Part shown: positions 1-11,749 of the stretch, one piece after another | Layout of the letters: every line of letters begins with the position of its first letter | Position numbering within the stretch: the stretch's first letter is position 1 | The notes under the pieces: generated by a model | What the model was told of the DNA's origin: nothing | Seen by the model: only the letters and a program-made list of their open reading frames with translations | The model's database searches: none | From: Lama guanicoe | Taxonomy: Eukaryota | Length of the DNA stretch: 64,000 nt | Direction of reading: 5' to 3' | NCBI GenBank assembly: GCA_013239625.1 | Contig: MU053559.1 | Coordinates: 1 to 64,000 of the forward strand | Translations under genes and position numbers: made by a program

Positions 1-642
1 CCAGCCAAAGGTGGGGAGGAGACAAAGACTGTAGAGTCAATGCAGAGGCAATGAGAGCTGCAAGGAAAGGCTGAGAGAAGGAGAGAGAGATGTGGGGAGG
101 ACCGTGACAGCTTTTGGCTCTTAGCGCCTCAAATAGTTGACAAGTAGTTCTGCAAAATGTTTCCAAAAAGGTAAAAACGCCTAACATTGTTGCCGAGAGT
201 TCCCCTGGTCCTCTCCCAACGTGCCACCTCACGCTCCTGGGTGTACATGGCAGAGCCCAAAGGCCACTGAAAACCAGGAAGCAGCCCGTTGTCTTGTAAG
301 GAGAGAGGAAGGAGCTGAAGGCTGCTGGGGCCTTTCCCACGTGGGCCTGTGTTCTGTAGAAGCAACTTCCCAGCAGCAGTGTGGCACGATTCTACATGAG
401 GGTCTCACCTTTTGTCACCCAGGCTTCAACGTACTCTATTCTCCATTCAAAAGCTGTCAATGTCTCGTTTAGTGTTGCTAGTCTTGAACAGCAAGGCATA
501 TCAAACGAGTTGAGAGAGTCTGCGAGTTTCTTGATGCTGCTGCTGGTGATGACCTCAATGTACTCCCGGTTCACCCAGTCCTGGTGGATCTCCTGCTGCA
601 CCGGGTCCCCTTGTCCCGCCATGGCTGCTGCCTAAGGAAGAG
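1..642 (-). pseudogene. BRK1: BRK1 (BRICK1/HSPC300, WAVE complex subunit) processed retrocopy; ORF 392..622 still open, 3'UTR runs off the window start
   Basis: Intronless [79 protein letters not shown] aligns end to end with BRK1 ([23 protein letters not shown]...VTKGETLT). It has a BRK1-like 5'UTR (CTCTTCCTTAGGCAGCAGCC-ATG) and a BRK1-like 3'UTR, with many CpG-decay-type substitutions. Confidence 0.93.
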
Positions 643-659
643 GCAGAGCTATAGCTTTT

Positions 660-1208
660 TAAACATACATAGTTATCAAAGGAATAAAGCCAACCACAAA
701 AGAATTAATTCAAAAAGATACATACACCCTAATATTAACAGCAGCACTTTTTATAATTGCCAAGATATGGTGGAATCCTAAGTGCACATGAATATTTGAA
801 TAGATAATGAAGATGCAGCATATCTATGTATATATGTAATGGAATACGACTGAAACATTAAAAAGAAGGCTATTTTTCCATTTGCAGCCCTTCATTCACT
901 TATTTTTTCAATTCAAAAAGCAGAATTTTATAACTGGCTTTGACATTTCCATTACACCAAAAACTAGAAAATACCTAGAAAAAAACTTACCTATACTCCA
1001 AAAACTGAAATGACACAAAGAAATGGAAAGGTTTCTTGTGCTCTTGGATTGGAAGAATCCCCACTATGAAAATGCCCACACTACCGAAGGCAATCCGCAG
1101 ATCCATCGCAACCCCCATCAAAATACTCGCGGCATTCCTCGAAGAACTAGAACAAACCATTCCTAAGTTTATAAGGAACCACAAAAGACCCCAGACAGCC
1201 AAAGCAAT
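660..1208 (+). mobile_element. L1 (LINE-1) ORF2/3' fragments
   Basis: Typical L1 motifs (AAAAGATACATACACCC..ACAGCAGCAC..; TGGAATAC..; SWIGRI..KM..LPKAI.R..A.PIKI in ORF 1036..1320); boundaries approximate. Confidence 0.8.
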
Positions 1209-1209
1209 C

Positions 1210-3225
1210 TTTTGTAGTTTTCTTTTTCTCCTCTTTCTTCTGTTTGTTGTCTTTCCTTATGGTTTGATGAATAGAGAAGGTCTTTTAACATTTGTTGTAA
1301 AGCTGGTTTGGTGGTGCTGAAATGTTTTAGCTTTCGTTTATCTGTGAAGCTTTTGATTTCTCCATCCAGTCTGAATGAGAGCCTTGCTGGACAATGTATT
1401 CATGGTTGTAACTTTCCCCCTTGCATCACTTTAAATATATCATGCCTCTCCCTTCTGGCTTGTAGAGTTTCTGCTGAAAAATCAGCTGATAACCTTATGG
1501 GAGTTCCCTTCCATGTTATTCGTTGCTTTTCTCTTGCTAATTTTATTATTTCTCCTTATCCCTAATTGTTGTCAATTTGATGAGTATGTGTGTTCCTCTT
1601 TGGGTTGATTCTGTGTGGTACTCTCTGTGCTTCCTGGACTTGGGTGACTCTTTCCTTTCACAAGTTGGTGAAGTTTTCTGTTATTATCTCTCCAAAATTT
1701 TTTCAGTTGTTTTCTCACTCTCTTATCTTTCTGAGACCCCTATAATGTGAATATTACAGTGCTTCATGTTGTCCCAGAGTCCTCTTATACTATCCTCATT
1801 TCTTTTCATTCTTTGTTCTGTTTTCTGTTCTACAGTAGTGATTTCCACTAATCTGTCTTCTAGCTGACTGATCCTTTCTTCTGCTTCATTTAGTCTTTTC
1901 TTGGTTCCTTGGAGTGTATTGTTCATTTCAGTGATTTTGTTCTTCAACTCTGTTTGGGTATTCGTTATATTTTCCAACTCTGCTAAAAACTTCACTCTGT
2001 GCATCTATACTCCTCTTGAGTTTTCTAAACATCTTTGCCATCGTTACTTTAAACTGTTTCTCAGATAAATTGTTTGTCTCCTCATCACTTATTTCTTCTT
2101 CTGGGATTTTATCTTGTGCCTTGGCCTGGGAGATATTCCTCTGCCGCCTCATGTTGTCTGCCTTTCTATTTGTATTTTTAGGTGAGTTAGTTACATTTCT
2201 CGATGTTGGAGAAGTGGCCCTGTGTTGGAGATGTCCTATACGTCCCACCAGTACACTCTTCTCTTGGAACCCACGGGCCAGTGTCCTGCCAGTCTGAGTG
2301 TAGAGTTTGGCCTGTGTTTGTGGCTTCCTTCCACAGGCTTTGGGATTGTTGTTTCCTTATTTCTGGTATCTGCCCCTGGTGGATGAGCCTAGAGCACAGA
2401 CTTATGCAGGATTCCTGGCAGGAGGAGCCTGCCCACTGTTGTGGGAAGCTTGGTCCTAGACCTTTGGTGCTTAGGACCCTGTCTAGAAAATTTTATGGTT
2501 TAAGAAGTGGGCTGATGGGTGGAGCTGTGTTCCCACCGTGTATGTTGTTTGGCCTGAGGCTTCCCTACAGGCTGTTGGGTGGGGCTAGGTCTTGGTGCTG
2601 ATGATGCAATCACGATGTCAGCCTCCAGGACAGCTCATGTAGATGAACACTCCCAGAATGTCCGTCACCAGCTTTTATGTCTCCTGGGTGAGCCACAGCC
2701 ATTCCTATGTCCCCAGGAGACTTTTCCAAACCAGCCGGCAGGCCTGGCCCATGTTCTTATGAAATCAGTGCCTCTGCCTTTGGACCTAGCACACGCCAGA
2801 TTCTGTGTTCACTTCCCAAGAGAGTGATGTCTCTGTTTACCCCAGTCCCAGGGGCTCCTGGATGTATGCCCCACTGGTCTTCAAAACAGGTTGTCCTAGG
2901 GTCTCCTTCTCCCAATGCCAGAACCCTGGGCTGTGGAGCCTGACATGGTGCTTAGAACTCTCACTCCTGTGGGAGTGCCTCTGTGACTTAATTATCCCTC
3001 AGCTTGTGGGTTGCCAAGCTGGCGGATATGGGGCCCAATTATATCAAGAGCATGCCCCTCCTACCATCCTGCTGTGGTTCTCTTTATGTTTCCAGTTGAA
3101 GGCGATCTTATTTTCTAGGTTCCAGTCTTTTTTTTCCAATAGTTGTCTAATAGTCATTTGCACTTTCTTTGTAGTTGCGAGGAGAGGCACGCTCATGCTC
3201 CTGCCACTCCATCATCTTGACCAGA
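1210..3225 (-). mobile_element. L1 5' portion (5'UTR + degraded ORF1)
   Basis: ORF 1723..2004 translates as the L1 ORF1p coiled-coil/RRM start (AEERISQLEDRL..EDSIRGLWDNMKHCNIHIIGV); L1-like CAAGATG start near 3220 on the - strand. Confidence 0.85.
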
Positions 3226-3489
3226 ATACATATCTATTGTTTTTAACTTCATCTCTGTATATTTTTAAAAGTGATTCATCTAGGAATTGAAATATATACA
3301 CTTAACTCTACGTAGACTACTGAGAATCGACATCTCACCAGTTCGCATGAAGTAGAAATCGTACCACCATATAGGTCCCTTTATTCTCCCACTCTTTATG
3401 TTATAGCTGTCTTATATATTTCAACGATATACATTGGAATCCCATCAGACAATGTTTAAATTTTTCCTTTCAATCCTCAAATATATTTT

Positions 3490-3510
3490 ATTTATTTATT
3501 TAGTTAGTTT

Positions 3511-3544
<34 letters not shown>

Positions 3545-3688
3545 TGGTTTTGTTTGTTTGTTTGTTTTTTGAGGGGAAAGTAATTAGGTTTACTTATTTC
3601 TGTGTTTTTTGGAGGAGGTACTGTGGATTAAACCCAGGATCTCATGCTTGCTAAGCATGCAGTCCATCACTTGAGTTTACCCTCCCCT
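3490..3688 (-). mobile_element. tRNA-derived SINE (camelid Vic-1-like) with (CA)n/A-rich tail
   Basis: Reverse complement of GGGGAGGGT..AGCTCA..GCATGCTTAGCA..CCTGGGTT; TSD CCTCAAATATATTTT at ~3475 and ~3686; (TG)n at ~3510-3543. Confidence 0.85.
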
Positions 3689-3982
3689 CAAATATATTTT
3701 TAATTACTTCAAAAAGAGAAGGCTAGTCTATTATATGTGGCCACATACTTACCAATTTCATTGCAGCGCTTGCTTCCTTCATAATGTTCCAAGTTTCCTT
3801 CTGGTATCATTTCCCTTCTGGCTGAAGAATTCTGATTGCAATTCTTTCAGGTCTGCTAACCACATATTCTTCTTTTTCTTCATCTGCAAATTTTTTTTAA
3901 ACATGTGCTTTCCTGAAAAATATTTTGCTAGATAAAGAATTTGGGGTTGACATTTCTTTACTTTCCGTATTTAAAAAATGTT

Positions 3983-6900
3983 GAGAGAGGAGGGCAAGAT
4001 GGTGGAGTAGAAGGACGCTCATAGCTCACCCTCTCCCACAAATACACCAAAAGTCACATCCACAGAACCACCCAGCCAATCAGAGCACCTGCTGCACTCC
4101 GACAGAACATTGCCCTCTTGAAAAGACAAAGATGCCACGAATCTGGTAGGAGAAAAAGAAAGAAGAAAAAGCAAAACAGTGCAGGATCAGTCCCGCGAGG
4201 AGAGAGTGGCAAAGGATGAATAGCGCTCATTCACTGTGTCTCACCCCTCTCCATCAGAGGTCAGCGGGACAGAGGGGGAACCTCTGAGGCTAAGATCTGT
4301 ATAGAGCACCCCTTGACCAATAGAACTAAGTTAAACAGGCACAGAGGGTCTCTGCAACTTCCAGCCCTATAGGCAAAGTGGCAGGTGGGGAACGGGACAG
4401 GGTGTCTGAGCCGGGAAGCAGACTGCGGCTGCCTGCACAGAGCCAACCGCAGCGGAATGCAAGGTGCTGTGTGCCTTGGATGAGTGGGTACACATGGCAA
4501 AACAAACTGAGCCCTCCCTAAAATATGAAAAAAAAAAAGGTGACGTGCCCTGAGGGGAAAAGGGGCCATGCCGCCATCTCTGAAAACCCACGGAAGGTTT
4601 TCTGGAGAAGAGAGGCAGAACTCAGCCACTGCCGCCATATCCTCTGGGGTTTATCACCCAGGCGGGAGCGTGGTCAAAACCTGAATCTGTACCTAAAAGT
4701 TTAGCAGCCTCAAAGGCGAGAATGAGACTTGTTTAAAGCCCGAGGAATATAGGATCTTTTTGCCCTGGTACCTCAGAGAACTTGTTCTGCCAAGACAAAC
4801 AAGGAGCTGAGTTTTGGCTTGGAGCAGGGGTGAGGCTGTTCCTCCGTCTTCCCCAAGCCCGTGTACAGAGGGCTGACCCAAGGTGGAGCAGGCAGCTGCC
4901 CATAGCAGGGGAGCGACTAGGCACTGGGAGAGGCCTGGTGGCCACCCGCCTTCCTGGCAGGAGTGCAGAACTTGATTGTGGTGCTGGAAGGGGGTGCAAT
5001 TTGTCTGCCTCAGCACAGCATCTGACTGCGTCATCAGGAGGGGGAGTGACCTGCCTGCCCACCATGTAAGAGCACACCACCTGACCACAACATTGGGAGG
5101 GGGTATGATCTTCTTGCCGACAGGCAGTGGGAGCATCACAGATGATGAGCGCCAACGAGGGCCTCTGGAAGCAGCAAGCTGAGTTCGCAAAACAGGGCAA
5201 AGACAGAAAGACCTCATGATAAAATCATTAAGAGTGCAGGGTCTCCATGAGAACACATCCCCCCCTTTTTTAAGACGTCTCAACTCAAGTGCTAGTCTGA
5301 TTCAACTTGCTCTTCTGTTATTGATTATACACTGTTTTCAAACCTTTCTTTCTCACTTCTTTTAAAATTCTCTCTTTTTAAAAAAGTTTTATTCCTGAAT
5401 ATGCTTTAGATAGATAAATAAAGTCCTTGAGGACCACAATAGATAAGTGATACTCCACAATACACAGTGCCAGAGAGAGATGAGCAAGATGAAGAAGCAG
5501 AGGAACCACTCCCAATTAGAAGAGCCAGAGAAATCCCCTGAAAGAACTATCAATGAAATAGACATTGATGGCCTACTAGATCAAGATTTCAAAAAAGGAG
5601 TGATCAAATTACTGAAGGAACTGTAAGAGATAGGGTTTAGAGATATAAAATATGTCAAAATGAAATTGAAGCTATAAAGAAGAACCAAGTAGAATTGGTA
5701 AACTCATTTGCTGAGATGAGAACTGATCTAAAGGCTGTACAAAACAGGCTAGATAAGGTAGAGGAATGAATAAGTGACCTAGAAGACAGGTTAACAGAAA
5801 GCACCCAATCAGAACAGCTAAGAGAAAAATAAAAACCAATGAAAACAATATAAGAGACCTATGGGATAATATAAAGCATGCCAGTCTACACATAATAGGG
5901 GTTCCAGATGGGGAAGAGGCAGCAAAGGGGATTGAGAAGGTATTTGAAGAAATCATGACTGAAAACTTCCCAAACTTAAAGAAGGAATCAGATATCCAAG
6001 TACAGGAAGCTCAGAGGGTCCCAAACAGGAAGAACCCAAACAGACCCACAGCAAGATATATCATAAGCAAGATATATCATAATAAAGATGGCCAGAGTCA
6101 AGGATAACAAAATGATGCTAAAGGCAGCAAGAGAAAAACAAAGAGTGAGTTACAAGGTAACCCCCATAAGGCTCTCAGCTGATTTCTCTACACAAACACT
6201 GCAGGCCAGAAGGGAGTGGCAAGATATATTCAAAGTCCTGAATGAAAAAAAGCTGCAGCCTAGGATACTCTATCCAGCAACGCTATCCTTTAGGATAGAG
6301 GAGAGGTAAAGAATTTCACAGACAAGCAAAAACTACAAGAGTTTAGCAACACTAAGCTCCAAAGAGTATTATTTCTCTGAAAAGAAAAAGAAAAATCTTC
6401 CCTAGTATCTAACATCTATATAATAATGATGAAAGAAGGATAACTGAATTTTTCTTGTCCTTAAACTCTTGTTTGGAGCAACCTGCTATTTTAAACCTCA
6501 TCTCCAGAGCTCCCCGATACTACTATCAGTACTATGATGATAGCTGATTACTAGCTGCCTAATTCAAGATAAGGCTCCCCTAAATCTTGTAAGTAGTTTT
6601 CCACATAGTTCAAAGTCAAAGAATATTCCAAAGAGCTATTCTCTTTGGGTTTCAGAAGCATTTTTACATTAAAGAAAAAAATTACAGGATGGATCTTTAC
6701 TTTTTTTCTGAGATTTTGCAAGGTGAATCAAGTTCAAGTGTAATTCTCCAATTCTGTTTTTAAACATTACTTGGGAAATAACATATTCTATGTTGAATAA
6801 CTGACAGTTGTCACAAAGGTTATTATTCTACCCTTACTCTGATCTTTTTAGACTCTTGCTCTAGTGAAAAGTTAAACCATGCTTGAAATAAAACAAACAA

Positions 6901-7340
6901 GGAAAGAGATGAATGAAAGAAAGAGAGAGAAAAAACAAAACTAAACTAAACCAAAATTCCCAGGGTTAATATAAATTGAAGAAAAGATAAAAAAACTAAG
7001 ACTGATGTGCTAAAAGAAGAAAAGTGAACTTGAATATAGAACAGAAACAGACTCACAGATATAGAATATAAACTTGTGGTTGCCAGGGGGCAGGGGGTGG
7101 GAAGGGACAGACTGTGAGTTCGAGATTTGTAGATACTGACATTTACATATAGAATAGATAAACCAGTTTCTACTGTATAGCACAGGGAAATATATTCAAG
7201 ATCTTGTAGTAGCTCATGGTGAAAAAGAAAATGAAAATGAATATATGTACATTCATGTATGATTAAAAAAGTGTGCTATACACCAGAAATTGACACAATA
7301 TTGTAAACTGACTATAATTCAATAAAAAAAGCTCAAAAAA
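3983..7340 (+). mobile_element. L1 with 5'UTR, disrupted ORF1 (~5480-6355) and 3'UTR (~7020-7340) but no ORF2
   Basis: Starts GAGAGGAGGGCAAGATGG; ORF1 pieces (ORF 6088..6309: LKAAREKQRVSYK.TPIRLSADFS..TLQARREWQDIFKVL.EK.LQPRILYPA.LSF); L1 3'UTR (AGAAACAGACTCACAGA..ACACCAGAAATTGACACA..AATAAAAAAA). Confidence 0.88.
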
Positions 7341-7352
7341 AATTTTAAATGG

Positions 7353-8022
7353 TAAAGCTCTAAATATTCTTAGAAACAATGAACAGTATATATATGTAAA
7401 TTTTAAAAATATGTGCAGTATATTGTGTATACGTATTTACTTGCAATACATTGTATATGTGCAAACTGTAACAATTCTACCTAATAAAACTGAAAACTGA
7501 AAAAAATGCTATTATATCAATATAGGAAAAAATTGATTTTGGAGTTTAGTTCTGGCCCATAGATGTGACAGGCTTTGTGATTTCCAGTTGAGATAAATCT
7601 TTTTAATAGTTCCAGTATTGTCCATGTAAAGTTGGCATTAATATCAATGAACTCTGTCATTTATTTACTATCAAGCATACATTTTTATAAACACAATTTA
7701 TTTATTTTCTTTTAAAGACTTTCTTAGTGCTTTTGATGATTTTTAAGGCTTTATTACACTAAATTTTGTTTCCTGCCTTCTTTAACTTATAACTCTAATT
7801 TCACTTAAAATATCTTGTAAAATTAAAACAGATAAAAATAAATTTAATAACTTTTTTCAAAAAAAAGCTAAAGCTCTAAATATTCTTAGAAACAATGAAC
7901 AGTACATATAGGTAAATTTTTTAAATATGTGCAATATATTATGTATATGTATTTACATGCAATATATTATATATGTGCAAATTTTAACAATTCTACCTCA
8001 TAAAACTGAAAACTGAAAAAAA
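7353..8022. repeat. ~155 bp direct duplication (copies ~7353-7506 and ~7869-8022)
   Basis: Both copies read TAAAGCTCTAAATATTCTTAGAAACAATGAACAGTA...ACAATTCTACCT.ATAAAACTGAAAACTGAAAAAAA. Confidence 0.9.
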
Positions 8023-8603
8023 ATAATAGATACATTTTAAAGGAATACTAAAAGATGTTCAAAAAACCCAAAAGAAAGCAAGAAAGAAGAGACACAAAAA
8101 ATAATAATAATAAACCAAGGGAGAAAACAGGAAACAAACGGTAAAATGGTACACATAAACCCAAACATACTAGTAATTACATTAAATGTAAATGTTCTAG
8201 ACCAACTCTAGTGAGTCAGAAGCTTCTTCATCAGGCTGAGTGGTGAGGAGGGGAGACTTGTGTGGCTTTTCAGGGACATGTTTGTCAGTTCAAGAATGTT
8301 TCTGGGGAGAAATCCCAACACAAATTCAGAGAATAGGGAGATGCCTTCAGTTGGGACGTGAATACACTAAATACTAAATATCAGGCCCTTCCAAGAGAAT
8401 GAGTTTGGGATCCACTTTCTGAGTTGTATTGGAACCAGAACCCGAGGTAAAAAGCAAAAATGCTCTCCAGTTCATGCATGCTCTTATTAAGTTTTAATGG
8501 CTAATTTTTCCAACAACACTGAAGTAGCTGAAAAATATTGAAAACCTGACAAGTAAATGTAAAATTTACATTATTTTAAACTTAAATATTTCACCTATAC
8601 TCA

Positions 8604-8706
8604 GGGGGAAGGGTATAGCTTAGTGGTAGAGTACATGCTTAGCATGCACAAGGTCCTGGGTTCAATCCACAGTACCTCCATCAAAAGTAAATAAGTAAAC
8701 CTAATT
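8604..8706 (+). mobile_element. tRNA-derived SINE (Vic-1-like)
   Basis: GGGGGAAGGGTATAGCTTAGTGGTAGAG..GGTCCTGGGTTCAATCC (A/B boxes); TSD TAAATATTTCAC(C/T)TATACTCA on both sides. Confidence 0.9.
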
Positions 8707-9552
8707 AAATATTTCACTTATACTCAAAGCAAAATTTATTATAATTTTATGTTTCTGTCTTTAATTAAAAGCAAGCTCATCAATCATGTTTTTAAAATAT
8801 ACTTGTTAGTTTATCTCCATTTCAGTTGAGAGACTTGCCATTTTTCATAATTTCTCATGATCTGTGACAACCTAAAATAACTTTTAATGATGTGTCAGCT
8901 TACTAAAACCTCATTCGCAGGACCCCATTGTGACTATTATTGTTAAAGGAATTATCAAGACCACTTCTAAATTTGGATAAGATTGCACTAAGCAAAATTT
9001 GTGAATCAATTTTAAAAGAAAAAGCATGATGGTTGTTTTTAATATATTAAAATTAATGCTCGCATCTAAAACAATGTAAATGGTCTAACCACACCAATTG
9101 GAAGTCAAAGATTCTAAGGATGAGTTAAAAAAAAAAAAGGAAACATGACCCAGCTATATGCTATCAACAGTAAACTGACTTCAAATATAATTTTATATAT
9201 ATATATATATATATAAAAGTTTGCAAAAAGATATACCAAATAAATACTAATAAAAAGAATGCTCACGGTGATCATTGTATAATGTATGTAAATATCAAGT
9301 CACCATATTATGCACTAGGAACTAACATAGGGTTTAGGTTAATTATACTTCAAACACAAACAAACGCATAGAAAAAGAGATCAGACTTGTGGTTACCAGA
9401 GGTGGGGGGAGGGGGAATTGGATGAAGTAGTCAAAGGTACAAACTTCCAGTTATAATATAAGTAAGTACTAAGGATGCAATGTACAACATGAGAAACATA
9501 ATTAACACTGCTGTATGTTATGTATGAATGTTGTTAAAAGAGTAAATTCTGA

Positions 9553-11330
9553 TTGGAGCGGCCAAGATAGCGGAATAGAAGGATGCTTACAGCTCACCCT
9601 CTCCCATAAATACACCAAAAGGGACATCCGCATACCCAACCAGCCACTCAGAGCACCTGCTGAATTTTGACAGAACATCGCCTTCTTCAAAAGACAAATT
9701 AGCCACAAATCTGGTAGGAGAAAAGGAAAAAAGAAAGAAGAAAAAGGGAAATAGTGCGGGACCAGTCCTGCGAGGAGGGAGTGGCAAAGGAGGACTAGCA
9801 CTCGTTCGTTGGGTCTCCCCATCTCCAACAGAGAGGTCAGCGGGACAGAGGGGGAACCTCTGAGGCTCAGATTTGTACCGAACAGCCCTTGACAGACAGA
9901 ACTAAGTTAAACGGGCACAAAAGGTCCCTGCGACCCCCAGCTCTAGACGCAAACCAGCAGGGGTGGGATGGAACAGGCTACCCGAATTGGGCAGAGAACT
10001 CGGGCCAACTGTACAGAGGCAACCTCAGGGGACTGCAGTGTGCTGTGTGCCGTTGCTGGGAGGGTACACAGAGAAGAACAACCTGGGTCCTCCATAATAT
10101 ACAGGGAAAAAAAAGCAAAGCAACACTACTGGTGTGCCCTGTGGGGGGACGGGCACCGTAGCCGTTGTCCCCGCAGACCTGCAGCACCAGTACTGGCATG
10201 TCCTTGGGAGAAGAGAGGCGGGGCTCAGCCACAGCCACCATATTCTCTGATGTGTGGCTCCCAGGCAGAGCGGAGGTCAAAACCTGATACTGTACCTGGG
10301 GGCTCTGCAACCTCATAGGCGGGACTGAGATTTGTTTACAGCCCCATTCCAGAAATATATAAATAGCTCATACAACTTCATAAGAGGAAAACAAACAGCC
10401 CAATCCCAAAACGGGCAGACCTAGGAAAACAGTTCTCCAATGAGAACTACTTATCAGAGAGGTGCAAGTCAAAACTATGGTGAGGTGTCACCTCACACCA
10501 GTCGGCGTGGCCATCACTGAAAGGTCCACAGACGATAAATGCTGAAGAGGTTGTGGAGGAAGAGGAACCCTCCTACACTGTTGGTGGGAATGAGGGTTGG
10601 TGCAGCCATTGTGGAAAACAGTATGGAGACACCTCAGACGACTAAAAATAGACTTACTATATGATCCAGCAATCCCACTCCTGAGCACATATCCAGAAGG
10701 AACCTTAATTCGGGGGGACACCTGAACCCCAGTGCTCACAGCAGCACTATTTACAGTAGCCAGGACATGGAAGCAGCCTAAATGTCCATCAACAGATGAC
10801 TGGATAAAGAAGTTGTGGCATATTTATACAATGGAATTCTACTCAGCCATAAAAAAATAAAATCATGCCATTTGCAGCAACATGGATGGAACTGAAGACT
10901 GTCATTCTAAGTGAAGTAAGCCAGAAAGAGAAAGAAAAATATCATATGATATCACTTATATGTGGAATGTGGAATGAAAAAGACAAATGAACTTATTTAC
11001 AAAACAGAAACAGACTCAACAGACATAGAAAACAAACTTATGGTTACCAGCAGGGGAAGAGGGGTAGGAAGGGATAAATTGGGAGTTCAAGATTTGCAGA
11101 TACTAACTACTATATATAAAATAGATAAACAACAAGTTTATACTATATAACACAGGGAACTATATTCAATATCTTGTAGTAACTTATGGTGAAAAGAATA
11201 TGGAACAAATATATGTATATTCCTATATGACTGAAGCACTGTGCTATACACCAGAAATTAACACAACATTGTAAGCTGACTATACTTCAAAAAATATATA
11301 AAAAATACAAAATAAAGATCAAGACAAAAA
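9553..11330 (+). mobile_element. Internally deleted L1: 5'UTR joined directly to ORF2 C-terminus and 3'UTR
   Basis: 9553-10342 is homologous to the 5'UTR at 3983-4740. From ~10343 the sequence is L1 ORF2 end/3'UTR (CACCTCACACCAGTC, GATCCAGCAATCCCACTCCTG, GCAGCAACATGGATGG), ending in an A-rich tail at ~11290-11330. Confidence 0.85.
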
Positions 11331-11590
11331 AAGACGTTATCAAACTGTAAAAAAAAGAAAAAGAAATAAAAGAAGACCTAAGTAAGTGAATATAGTGTTC
11401 ATGGGTTGCCAGATTCAATATAGTTAAGATGTCAATTGTCCCCGAACTGATCTATAGATTTAATGCACTTCCAATCAAAATCCCAGTAGGATTTTTTCTG
11501 TAAATACAGAATAATTAATTTTAAAATGTATGTGGAAAAACAAAGGAATTTCAAGTGTCAAAATCACTTTGAAAAGCAGCAACAAAATTG

Positions 11591-11749
11591 AGGGGGGGAG
11601 GGTATAGCTCAGTGGTAGAGCACATGCTTAGCATACACGAAGTCCTGGGTTCAATCCTTGGTACTTCCATTTAAAAAATAAGTAAATAAATAAATAAACC
11701 TTACTACCTCCCCCTTTCAAAAAATAAATAAAATAAATAAAAAATTTTA
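11591..11749 (+). mobile_element. tRNA-derived SINE (Vic-1-like) inserted in an old L1M fragment
   Basis: GGGGGGAGGGTATAGCTCAGTGGTAGAGC..GGGTTCAATCC; TSD AAAAG(C/G)AG(C/T)AACAAAATTG. Confidence 0.9.

Noticed and set aside
4261..5283. Antisense ORFs in the L1 5'UTR (ORF0-like idea)
   Set aside because: No similarity I can recognise, and not reproduced in the paralogous 5'UTR at 9553-10342.
8604..8680. tRNA-like A/B-box sequences (also 3600-3690, 11591, 55831, 56481, 58363)
   Set aside because: SINE heads with A-rich tails, most with TSDs; not tRNA genes.
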